Assembly: GCA_002898395.1 (NCBI GenBank)
Contig: BEHE01000022.1
Location: 1 to 23,435 of the forward strand
Source: Candidatus Calditenuaceae archaeon HR02
Lineage (GTDB): Archaea; Thermoproteota; Nitrososphaeria_A; Caldarchaeales; Calditenuaceae
Length of the DNA stretch: 23,435 nt
Direction: 5' to 3'
A program made the position numbers and the translations under genes. The notes under the pieces were generated by a model that worked only from the letters and a program-made list of their open reading frames with translations, made no database searches and was not told the origin of the DNA. This document shows positions 8,583-16,938 of this stretch, in pieces (the first letter of the stretch is position 1; each line of letters opens with the position of its first letter).

Positions 8583-9022
8583 GTGATTGAGAACGTCATA
8601 CCCGTGCCGCGTGCCGTCTGTCCAGCGTGCCATGCGCTTTTCAAGATACATGTTAGGGGGCCCGTCCGGTGTGAAAACTGCTCGAAGGAGCTGATAGTGG
8701 CGGATATCAGAGCCGACTATTTTTTCGTTGAGTTCAGCCACTACGAGGGGTTTAAACAACGTCTTCAGGCCCTTGAGCGGGAGGCTGAGGGGCTCCGGTC
8801 GGAGAACGGAGCACTAAGGGAGAGGAGCTTAAGAAGGCTTTCGGACGGGAAGGCCTGATCGAGGACTATGGGAGGATATGGGCCGAGCTGGTCAGGATAG
8901 TAGCTGAGGACGGGATTCCCGACGACCTAGGTTATATGCTCGAAAGGAGGAGTCCCGCACTGCTCGACGCCCTGCTCAGACTCCACGCTCAGATGGACCC
9001 GGCTGGGCAGGCGCCCGTGTAG
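8583..9022 (+). pseudogene. Zn-ribbon plus coiled-coil protein, frameshifted near 8820-8827
   Basis: CPAC...CENC, then a coiled coil. After the AGGGAGAGGAG run another frame continues ELKKAFGREGLIEDYGRIWAELVRIVAEDGIPDDLGYMLERRSPALLDALLRLHAQMDPAGQAPV* (TAG 9020-9022). Confidence 0.65.
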
Positions 9023-9051
9023 GGGCGCAAGGAGGGCTGGCCTCAGAGGGT

Positions 9052-9061
9052 TTTATTTCAC
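9052..9061 (+). promoter_or_regulatory. TATA-like motif TTTATTTCAC, repeated at 9540-9549
   Basis: An identical 10-mer lies upstream of two consecutive ORFs, each time preceded by GAGGG. Confidence 0.5.
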
Positions 9062-9090
9062 TCCCTTGAGTCCAGCGACGGTGAGGGGGC

Positions 9091-9459
9091 ATGAGGTCGG
9101 TTTTAGAGCCTCCCCAAATAACGCCATTGATAGCACGATTCGGTAAGTGCTCGGTATGCGGACGGCCCGTAGCGGGTGATAAGGCCCTTTATCTCGCGGA
9201 TATTCGACGGGTTGTTTGTACTACGTGCCAAGACGTTTACGTGGTTCTCGAGGAGTATGATGACGGTTACTCACGCTCGCTACACGTAATCGATGTCTGC
9301 GGGTCAAGAGAGGAGGCGCTTAAGATAGCCCGTGAGCTGAACGCAGAACATGTGAAGATCCGGCGCTACGCTGGCTCCCAGTTCAAGAGCTACACGGCCA
9401 TGCCTCTCGCCGATTTGGTTCACATGGAGCCCCGGAGTGTTGAGCTGGAAGAGGAGTAG
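9091..9459 (+). CDS. Hypothetical Zn-finger protein (CxxC...CxxC)
   Basis: CSVC and CTTC pairs; GGTGAGGGGG RBS before the ATG. Confidence 0.7.
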   Translation: MRSVLEPPQITPLIARFGKCSVCGRPVAGDKALYLADIRRVVCTTCQDVYVVLEEYDDGYSRSLHVIDVCGSREEALKIARELNAEHVKIRRYAGSQFKSYTAMPLADLVHMEPRSVELEEE

Positions 9460-9595
9460 CATGTGCCCATCATGGACGCTATCGGGTCTCTCCGCTTTCT
9501 AAGGCCGTGGTGTGTGAACACCCTAATTGAGGGGTTGGATTTATTTCACATGGCCTCGAACCCTTTAATTTGCCTATGAGCTACTTTCACGTGCC

Positions 9596-9799
9596 ATGAG
9601 CACGGTAGTCCAAGTCCAAGGGGTTGAGAGGGGGAGGAGCGTTGCGGAGAGGGTGGCACCAGACGCTCCTAAGACGATAAAGGAGCTGATAAACCTGCTG
9701 GCGGAGGGTGAGAGGGAAGTTATAGTGGCTAGGGGTACGCCGAGAGACCCTGTTGTCTTCATTAAGGGGAGGCTTGTAGGTGCATGGCTTGAGCTATAA
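9596..9799 (+). CDS. Small hypothetical protein, 67 aa
   Basis: Typical codon usage, upstream repeated promoter motif and downstream T-rich tract. Confidence 0.6.
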   Translation: MSTVVQVQGVERGRSVAERVAPDAPKTIKELINLLAEGEREVIVARGTPRDPVVFIKGRLVGAWLEL

Positions 9800-9816
9800 G
9801 CAACCACTCCACCACA

Positions 9817-9836
9817 TTTTTTCCTTCTTTCCTCTC
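9817..9836 (+). terminator. Oligo-T/pyrimidine tract, putative archaeal terminator
   Basis: TTTTTTCCTTCTTTCCTCTC ~18 nt after the stop of 9596-9799. Confidence 0.4.
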
Positions 9837-9849
9837 AGAGGTGGTTTGA

Positions 9850-11070
9850 ATGAGGTTTAAGAGTCTTCCAAGTCTTAGGGAGAGGGTTAGGAGAGAGCTT
9901 GAGCGTAGGGTTGAGAAGGCTAGGATATACCCGACCCTGCTGAATAGTTGTGAGGATATAGCGTTAAGACTCAGGCTTATAGACTATCTCTTGGAGAGGG
10001 GCTATTCTGAGGGGCTGGACAGCCACCCACCCTACCTCTTAGACGACGCCGCGCATCCATACCCAGACGAAGTCCTCAAAACCCTCTCCGACGTTAAACA
10101 ATTTATCGAGAGGACTGATAGCTACCACTTGGTGAGAGTGTATTATCACGGGGGCTTATACCTGGTTTGGTTTTGGCATCTGGGGGTTTGGTTCTGCCTG
10201 CCTGTTAGGTGTGAGGCTCCAGAGCCTTTTCCGAGAAGAGGAGAGAGAAAGGGCGATACAACAATACTTACTGGGGGCGAGTTCTTGGAGGAGGTGGGGG
10301 AGATAAACAGCTATGTTGATAGGGCTAACAGCTATGGACTCGACTTTAAACCAGTCTCACACAAGCTGGAAGCCTCTGAGCGGGTATATATCACGCCGCA
10401 ACATAAGCTTATTCGAGACCCAGAGACAGGCCTTGAGAGGCTTGATAACAGCCCCCTACTTATACCGATTAAGGCGGAGAACTTGACAACATATATCCGC
10501 TACACCATCCTGCGCGAGGCAGGCGAGGATGAGGTTGAGGAGGCGCGTGAGAGGGCGAGGAGGAGGGAGGAGCTGGATAGTAGGATTGCTGGGCTGGCCA
10601 GAGGCTCTGAGCCTCTGGTCGATGATGGCTACGCATCACTTTACAGGCTGGGTAAAGACGGGCTACAAATATTCCTGGGGGACGGTGTGGCTGAGAAGGT
10701 TGGGGGACTGGGGGAGTTCCTTCTACTTATCCACGGCTCCAGAAACATCTACCGCGACACCTCCATAAGTGCTAGTATGCCGGCAAGGATTCTAGCATGT
10801 TTAAGGATATTGGAGGATATGCGCGTCTTCAGGTCTCCAGTCGTAAAGGTTAAGAGTTTGCGGAAGGCTCCTAGGTATCTCATCAGGCTAGACCAAGGCT
10901 ACAGCTCAGCCCTCAAGAGAAACTATGAATTACTGCTAAACCCCAGCCAAGAATGCGTCGAGATGGCTAGGAAGGCTAGGATTCTATACGAGGATGGCAA
11001 GCTAGTCCTGATAGACGATGAGGCGGTTGAGGAGCTGATGGCCTCGCAGGTTTTTAAGCGTGGTCAATGA
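9850..11070 (+). CDS. Hypothetical protein, 406 aa, no recognised family
   Basis: Long uninterrupted ORF, GAGGTGG RBS, native-like codon usage. Confidence 0.8.
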   Translation: MRFKSLPSLRERVRRELERRVEKARIYPTLLNSCEDIALRLRLIDYLLERGYSEGLDSHPPYLLDDAAHPYPDEVLKTLSDVKQFIERTDSYHLVRVYYHGGLYLVWFWHLGVWFCLPVRCEAPEPFPRRGERKGDTTILTGGEFLEEVGEINSYVDRANSYGLDFKPVSHKLEASERVYITPQHKLIRDPETGLERLDNSPLLIPIKAENLTTYIRYTILREAGEDEVEEARERARRREELDSRIAGLARGSEPLVDDGYASLYRLGKDGLQIFLGDGVAEKVGGLGEFLLLIHGSRNIYRDTSISASMPARILACLRILEDMRVFRSPVVKVKSLRKAPRYLIRLDQGYSSALKRNYELLLNPSQECVEMARKARILYEDGKLVLIDDEAVEELMASQVFKRGQ

Positions 11071-11290
11071 TTGTAGGGGTATGCCAGACGTTTTCATCTT
11101 GAGGCTGGAGAAGGTGGCGGACGTATCAGAGGAGACGGCCTTAGAGCTTGTGGAAAAGCTCGCGGAGAGCGACAAAATTTACCCCTACGTCCTCGACAAT
11201 AATATAGAGCTGTCGGAAAAGGCGAGGAAGGAGCTGGAGGGCCTAATATCCCGCGCCAAAGAAGAGCCGTTAGAGATAGTCATTCTCTGA
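11060..11290 (+). CDS. Small acidic hypothetical protein (start may be ATG 11081)
   Basis: Follows the previous ORF directly; Glu/Leu-rich helical sequence. Confidence 0.6.
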   Translation: MVNDCRGMPDVFILRLEKVADVSEETALELVEKLAESDKIYPYVLDNNIELSEKARKELEGLISRAKEEPLEIVIL

Positions 11291-11432
11291 GATGGAGACT
11301 GCTAGAAAAAGTCTTAGGATAATATACTTTAGTGTAAAACTTTTTATAAAGAAGCAAGGTTTATATAGAATTGAGAGCCATTCTATAGGTAAGTTGTAGG
11401 GGTGGTGGGTATGGCCCAGCAGTTGGGCTTGA

Positions 11433-11945
11433 ATGTTTTTCTCCCCCCCAAAGGTTTTAGAGAGTGTCGAGGCACGAATCGTTAGGGAGTCTCACAGCGT
11501 AGTAAGGCTGAAGCTCTCACTCAAGGTTTGGAGGGAGCTCGGCATCCCTGACAAGGGAGTGTTTAAGGCCGTTATTAGGGGTAAGACTTTTACTGGAAGG
11601 TATGACGTTACTGCTGGCTTCAGGCTTAGGATACCGACGAGTAAGAGGTACCTCCTCCAGCCAGAGCTACTAGTAGGGGAGAAGTCCATCCATATCGACT
11701 TATGGATAGAGGATGGAATACCTTGTATATCGTATAGGCCTGGGGAGAAGGCTGATAATCCACTACCGCACATCCATCCCAACTATAGGGCTGGTGATGG
11801 TTACTGCCCCAGATGCATGGTCAGCTGGGAGAGACCCATAGGTGATAAGTGCCTATACTGTGGAACAAAGCTCAGGAGGAGGTCAAGAAAGATAAATAAC
11901 GGTGAGAAGAAATACATAAACCCAGAAATAGAGGATCTGGAATAG
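11433..11945 (+). CDS. ORF170: putative AbrB/DUF1905-like beta-barrel domain plus C-terminal Zn ribbon and basic tail (true start may be ATG 11411 across a C7 tract)
   Basis: RLKLSLKVWRELGI and FRLRIPTSKR repeats resemble swapped-hairpin motifs; YCPRC...CLYCGTKLRRRSRK. TTTATATA lies at ~11360-11367. A paralogous remnant lies at ~16939-17405. Confidence 0.7.
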   Translation: MFFSPPKVLESVEARIVRESHSVVRLKLSLKVWRELGIPDKGVFKAVIRGKTFTGRYDVTAGFRLRIPTSKRYLLQPELLVGEKSIHIDLWIEDGIPCISYRPGEKADNPLPHIHPNYRAGDGYCPRCMVSWERPIGDKCLYCGTKLRRRSRKINNGEKKYINPEIEDLE

Positions 11946-11996
11946 TTAAGGCCTAGGACGGTTTTATTTCCATGTCTTGTACTTATGGAAAGACTG

Positions 11997-12028
11997 GGTC
12001 AGATGGTCGGATGGATGGTCAGATGGAT
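11997..12028. repeat. Short tandem repeat of GGTC(A/G)GAT and GGAT units
   Basis: GGTCAGAT-GGTCGGAT-GGAT-GGTCAGAT-GGAT read directly. Confidence 0.65.
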
Positions 12029-12077
12029 GATTCATCAGTGTATGCAGTGTTGAATTAATAGGATGGCTAAGGGCTGA

Positions 12078-12656
12078 ATGTGCTGGTTGCCGGTCAGGAT
12101 AGCTCTTGACATAGACGGAGTGTTGACGGACTCTATGGGTCGCTGGGTCGAGGTCTGGAACTCGAGGTATGGCCACCCAAGACTTTCAGTCGAGGACATA
12201 CGTGAGTGGGACTTCTGGCGTGGCTTAGGGATTACTCAGGAGACGTTTAACGAAGTATTCGACGAGGTCTGGCGTGGTTGGGTCTATCTGAGGCCGCTGG
12301 AGGAGAATATCGGCGAGAAGGTTGCGCGCCTCTCATATTTCGGCAGGCTCGACATAGTTAGTGGGAGGTCAATAAGACATCTACCCTACGTGAAGAACTG
12401 GCTCGGACACCATGGAATAAAGTACGACTCGATCTTCCTCGGCGTCCCCTCGAAGAGTAGGCTTAACCACGACGTGTTTATCGACGACTCGCCAGTTGAG
12501 GCTGTCAGGATAGCGGAGACTGCTAGATATGTCCTGCTCCGAGACCAGCCCTGGAACAGAAATGTCCCCAAAAGCAAATTCATCATAAGGGTCAGAAATC
12601 TCGAGGAAGCCTTCAAGAAACTGGCCGAGGAGGTTTTCCCCGGAGCCCTCCCCTAA
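12078..12656 (+). CDS. HAD-superfamily 5'(3')-deoxyribonucleotidase (NT5C-like)
   Basis: IALDIDGVLTD (motif I), IVSGR (motif II), FIDDSP (motif IV) and DQPWNR. Confidence 0.85.
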   Translation: MCWLPVRIALDIDGVLTDSMGRWVEVWNSRYGHPRLSVEDIREWDFWRGLGITQETFNEVFDEVWRGWVYLRPLEENIGEKVARLSYFGRLDIVSGRSIRHLPYVKNWLGHHGIKYDSIFLGVPSKSRLNHDVFIDDSPVEAVRIAETARYVLLRDQPWNRNVPKSKFIIRVRNLEEAFKKLAEEVFPGALP

Positions 12657-12697
12657 AACAGCTATTTATTATGGTTGACTGGTGGCTCGAGGTGAGC

Positions 12698-14149
12698 ATG
12701 GAGATACAGGTGCTGAGTCCTCTTATTCTATCTATAGCCCTCCCACTCGGCCTCTCACCTATAGCCGCCTTCTTCGGCCGGGTAATACATCCGCGCAGCG
12801 CCGGCATATTCGCTACAATCGTGCTCTTCTTCCCCATGCTATTCAGTCTCCTACTCTACCAGGCAATAAGCGGAGGTGCTGTTGTTGAGGAGAAGTTTAG
12901 CTGGATTCCAGAGCTGGGCCTCACCTTCACCCTGAGGCTTGACCAGCTGAGCTATCCATTCTACCTCTTGATCACGCTAGTCGGTTTCCTTTCCACCCTC
13001 TACTCCATACGTTATATGGAGCATGAGGGGGGGCTGGGTTCCTACTACTCCCTGACCATGATGTTTGTCGCCGGAATGGTTGGTGTCGTCCTCTCGACAA
13101 ACCTCTTCCTCTTCTATATCTTCTGGGAGCTGATGCTCATTCCCAGCTACTTCCTCATAGCCTACTGGGGCTCCGGAAACGCGCGTATAATAGGATTCAA
13201 GTATTTCGGTATGACGCATGTTGGTGCGGTCGCGCTCCTGTCCGGAATCATCTGGCTCAACTCGCTCTATGGAAGTGTGGAACTAGACGTCCTCCGCCTG
13301 GCTCTTGCAGGAGGGTCGCCGGCGATGCTTGGCATAGCCACCCTCATATTCATTGGGGCGGCTGTCAAGATGGCGCTCTTCCCACTCCATAGCTGGCTCC
13401 CCGACGCCCACGCAGAGGCGCCGACACCGATCAGCGTCCTTCTGAGCGGAGTGATGATTAAGACTGGGGTATACGCTTATGCCAGAATCATTATAGAGCT
13501 TATGCCTGCCGCGTTTCAGCAGGCCCTGCCTATAGTTACGCCTCTAGCTGTTGTTACTGTTTTCTGGGGAGGAATGATGGCCCTAGTTCAGACGGATATT
13601 AAGAGGATTCTCGCCTACAGCTCTATCAGCCAGATAGGCTATATGGTCTTCGGCCTCTCGCTCCAGTCCAGCATCGGCTTAACTGGAGGCCTCCTACACG
13701 TAGTTACCCACGGTCTAGCCAAGTCCCTCCTCTTCATGGCGGCAGGCTCCATAATGCACTCGACGGGAGAGAGGGACATAAACAAACTAGGAGGACTCAT
13801 GAAGCCCATGTGGTTCACCGCATCAGTCTTCCTCATCGGAGGCCTCTCCATAGCTGGGACACCTCCACTAGCAGGGTTTTTCAGCGAGTGGATGATATTC
13901 GCCGGCGGATTCCAATCTAACATCATGCTCTACACGATACTTGCCATACTGGGGACTGCCCTAACCCTCGGATACTATCTAAAGGCATTCATGTACATCT
14001 TTGCTAGGGGAGAGGTTTCCGGCACTGTTAGAGAGGCCCCCGCCAGCATGGCGGTTCCGATGGGAATACTTGCAGTAATTATACTCTTGGCGGGGGTCAC
14101 AACCCCGCCTATAACCGGCATCCTAAACATGGCAGTAGCCAGACAGTAG
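12698..14149 (+). CDS. Proton-translocating antiporter-like subunit (NuoM/NuoL/MrpA-D/HyfB family)
   Basis: FYIFWELMLIPSYFLI, KMALFPLHSWLPDAHAEAPTPISVLLSG, DIKRILAYSSISQIGY, HGLAKSLLF and G.PPLAGFFSE. Likely start is ATG 12698 after GAGGTGA; the track start is 12671. Confidence 0.9.
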   Translation: MEIQVLSPLILSIALPLGLSPIAAFFGRVIHPRSAGIFATIVLFFPMLFSLLLYQAISGGAVVEEKFSWIPELGLTFTLRLDQLSYPFYLLITLVGFLSTLYSIRYMEHEGGLGSYYSLTMMFVAGMVGVVLSTNLFLFYIFWELMLIPSYFLIAYWGSGNARIIGFKYFGMTHVGAVALLSGIIWLNSLYGSVELDVLRLALAGGSPAMLGIATLIFIGAAVKMALFPLHSWLPDAHAEAPTPISVLLSGVMIKTGVYAYARIIIELMPAAFQQALPIVTPLAVVTVFWGGMMALVQTDIKRILAYSSISQIGYMVFGLSLQSSIGLTGGLLHVVTHGLAKSLLFMAAGSIMHSTGERDINKLGGLMKPMWFTASVFLIGGLSIAGTPPLAGFFSEWMIFAGGFQSNIMLYTILAILGTALTLGYYLKAFMYIFARGEVSGTVREAPASMAVPMGILAVIILLAGVTTPPITGILNMAVARQ

Positions 14150-14539
14150 CGGGGACTACGCCTGGATAGATTTTTATGTTGAGGTGTATGGATATAGTCC
14201 TATAGACAGTGGTTCTACCATTTCATAAGTCGTTGCAGGGTTTAAGAATATGTTGTATATGAACGCTTTAGCGTCTAGCCCAACCAAGTTGTAAAACCAC
14301 ATAATTAAGCGACAAGACAAATAAACACAAACAATGTCATCACGGGCCCTTCAAGGTGAGTTCCAACGATAGAAGGGTCTTCTCTTCCTAAAGTAGTGAG
14401 AACATAGTGTGGAGAAAAAGGAACTTTAGCAAATTTCAAATGAGTCCAATATAAGACGTAATTAGGCGAGATAAGAAAGAAGGGGGAGTGGTCGGCGGGG
14501 GAGGGAACCACCCAACAACATCTAGGAAACCTAAGAGGC

Positions 14540-14874
14540 TCGAAGTATCTGGATACTATGGCCCCAGAGACCGGATCAAGAGAGCGTCTTCAAGGTAAAC
14601 GCATCAATACACAAAATAGAGGGGAGACCATAATAGTGGTACACTATGTGGTGCAGACCTAGACTCATTCTGTTATAATTAGTAACATCAAACTATTATG
14701 GAGGTCCCGCGCGGATGGTAACGGTTTGTGGATACTCGAGACCGAGTTTTTCTAAGCCTAATTAGCGAGCCCGCTACAAGCAGAAAAGTTGTTGTAAACG
14801 GCTCTGTATACGACGTATCGGAAACCAAGGGAGGAAAAAGATTTGTCAGGAGAAGACCGCCGGAGAAGGAATAA
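14540..14874 (+). pseudogene. Degraded paralog of ORF105 (2575-2892)
   Basis: LLWRSRADGNGLWILETE / SLISEPATSRKVVVNGSVYDVSETKGGKRFVRRRPPEKE* aligns with LPWRPYRDGSGEWIFEDE...LIS...RAVIDGYIYDLSSGRGGRRFVRRRPEKK*, with a frameshift near 14750. TATCTGGATA is shared (14546 vs 2593) and LDS occurs at similar spacing. The 5' limit is approximate. Confidence 0.8.
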
Positions 14875-14970
14875 CGTGAACCCGCTTCTCAAGAAAAAGC
14901 ACAAAAATAGCTGGGGGCTATCTTTTGCCAAAGGTTGAGGAAATTGATGTAACAGATTAAGCCATTCAAT

Positions 14971-15140
14971 TTATTCTGCTGGCCACAATCGGGCTGGCAC
15001 ATTTAAGAGCCCAAATACTAACTCCAGATAGGCCTCATCCTTTCCTAGTAATCTGCTCTTCAATTAAACGGGGTAGCGTCTTCCACAGCTGTCACCTCAC
15101 CATCAGTAATTCGCCAAATCCTAAGACCCTGTTTCCGTTA
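14971..15140 (-). pseudogene. Possible gene remnant of unknown family
   Basis: Minus-strand fragments RKQGLRIWRITDGEVTAVEDATPFN* and LLGKDEAYLELVFGLLNVPARLWPAE* look protein-like but are in different frames. Confidence 0.25.
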
Positions 15141-15378
15141 AACCAACTGCCTGATCTTATAACAAGCAGGCCTGCGAAATACACCGCACAAGATAAGATG
15201 ACTATGAAGATTGGGAGCAAGCTAAGAGGGTGCATCATTCAAAACCCCGAACTTAACAATTACTCCACCTGGGATTATCAGCCACTTATATGTGGCGAAA
15301 TAAAGACTCCGGATCGAAACATCACTCACCAAGCCTTGTGTAGTGACGATATATATGTGATGAAACATATCATGTCAC

Positions 15379-16065
15379 ATGAGGTTGTTTAGGTACGTAA
15401 CTGTCTATGCTCTACTTCTCACCTTGGCTGTCATGACTATTAACCCTGTTTACGCGCAGTCCCGCTATTATGCAGGCTATTATTACTATGGTTACGAGAC
15501 CCAAGCACCGTGGGGAGTAGGTGGAAAAATCTATACAATAGATACATCGGTGCCATCCGGCCCGATTGTAGCCTGGTGGGTTACTGTTATACTTTCTTAT
15601 AGATACAATTACTGGTTACAAATAGGGTATGAAGAGTCCAACACACTTCTCCATTCTCATCCACCACGCTACTTCTACGAATGCGTATCTAGGTTAGGGT
15701 ACTACATTCATCAAAACTTCCAAGCAGGTCCTTCAGCAGGTACGTGGCATAGCTATCAAATAGTTTATGCACAGTCCATCCAATATCCAAAGAGATGGAT
15801 ACTTAGAATTGACTTTGGGCCCTATCAAAAAGAATGTGATGTTGACCCTTATGCGCCAAAGGATTTGCAAGCATTTGTTGAAACTGCCTCAAATAGTATC
15901 ATTATAGATGGTACCCATTTCAAAGACCTTTCATGGTATTCGGGCAGAAGCTGGCCTCTCTGGAACCGCCACGTCAGCAGAGCAGATTCACCATACAGCT
16001 TGATACCGATAATCCGTAGCGACTGTGGCGATAATTGCGAGTTCAGGGCATATGGTGGTGGATAA
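15379..16065 (+). CDS. Secreted protein, putative glutamic peptidase (eqolisin G1/neprosin-like fold)
   Basis: Signal peptide ending VYA-Q. The Tyr/Trp-rich beta sequence has WLQIGY and LQAFVET (candidate Gln/Glu dyad) and a C-terminal YGGG. Confidence 0.6.
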   Translation: MRLFRYVTVYALLLTLAVMTINPVYAQSRYYAGYYYYGYETQAPWGVGGKIYTIDTSVPSGPIVAWWVTVILSYRYNYWLQIGYEESNTLLHSHPPRYFYECVSRLGYYIHQNFQAGPSAGTWHSYQIVYAQSIQYPKRWILRIDFGPYQKECDVDPYAPKDLQAFVETASNSIIIDGTHFKDLSWYSGRSWPLWNRHVSRADSPYSLIPIIRSDCGDNCEFRAYGGG

Positions 16066-16066
16066 A

Positions 16067-16669
16067 ATGAGCAGATACACGTTACATCTAGTGCTGGTCG
16101 CGTGTTTACTCATAACAGTAGTATCATTACAATTTTACTTGGTATATGATGTAGAGAGGCTAAAAGGCTCGTTTGAACCACCTATCTATGAGGCGTTTAT
16201 GTCTCAAGCCAGGGAGGTATCATTAGAAGAGTTTATCCATCTAGCAAGGTCCCATCATTACGAACTTATGTTGCCCACCCGCCTTCCTAAGGGCTTAACT
16301 CTCAGCACAATTTACTATAAGTGCTGCCCGCTAGTTGCCATAGTTGTCTATAGTGCTAGAGGTGTGAAAGATTTTAGATATTCTGAATTAGCAATAGAGA
16401 TAGCTCCGAACCCGTATCCCCTAAGCGAAGAATACTTACTACAGTTGAACCGTACATCCGTGGACGAATATGTTATCAGGGTTGGAAAATGGTATGCGAG
16501 AATAAGTCCTAAAGTCGAATTTGGTGACGAGGAGAGAAGGCGTATCTTCGGCCCGCACCCGATGGCTATATACTGGGAGGGAGGACTGGAATACCTCATA
16601 AGCGTACTACCACCCCTCACCCTAGAAGACCTAGAATATATTGTTAGGGGATTAGCTAAAGCCTCATAG
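16067..16669 (+). CDS. Membrane-anchored extracellular protein (DUF4367-like)
   Basis: ATG 16067 lies 1 nt after the upstream stop. N-terminal TM helix, LMLPTRLPKG motif, and C-terminal W..GG..Y...LTLEDL..I..GL pattern. Confidence 0.7.
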   Translation: MSRYTLHLVLVACLLITVVSLQFYLVYDVERLKGSFEPPIYEAFMSQAREVSLEEFIHLARSHHYELMLPTRLPKGLTLSTIYYKCCPLVAIVVYSARGVKDFRYSELAIEIAPNPYPLSEEYLLQLNRTSVDEYVIRVGKWYARISPKVEFGDEERRRIFGPHPMAIYWEGGLEYLISVLPPLTLEDLEYIVRGLAKAS

Positions 16670-16755
16670 CATTAGAGGGACCACGGCGTTACATACTGTA
16701 AAGACATAAGTAATTCGCTACGCAAATCGCTGCAGCCCTCAAAACAATCATACAG

Positions 16756-16911
16756 GTGAATAGAAAACTTGAGACTGTCGATGAATGCTACGAGGAAGAG
16801 TTGTATTTCTACGAGTTTGACTACCGCTACGCTAAATACATCAGGATTTTGCGACTCAAGCTTTTCGAAGTGGTTAGAAAGAAGTATGAATTGCTCAGGA
16901 GGAGGGCGTGA
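16756..16911 (+). CDS. Small hypothetical protein, 51 aa, missed by the ORF track
   Basis: GTG 16756: MNRKLETVDECYEEELYFYEFDYRYAKYIRILRLKLFEVVRKKYELLRRRA*. Its stop overlaps a downstream GTG (GTGA). Confidence 0.4.
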   Translation: MNRKLETVDECYEEELYFYEFDYRYAKYIRILRLKLFEVVRKKYELLRRRA

Positions 16912-16938
16912 AAAGTTCCACACTATGGAGGATGGGGT

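Noticed and set aside
14305-14511. 68-aa minus-strand ORF, and similarly 15198-15392 and 16672-16971
   Set aside because: No motif or convincing start signals; they lie in degraded AT-rich intergenic DNA.
14488-14513. Minus-strand GGTGGTTCCCTCCCCCGCCGACCA resembling a tRNA 3' end or att site
   Set aside because: There is no proper TTCRANT loop or paired T-stem, no cloverleaf, and no second copy in the window.
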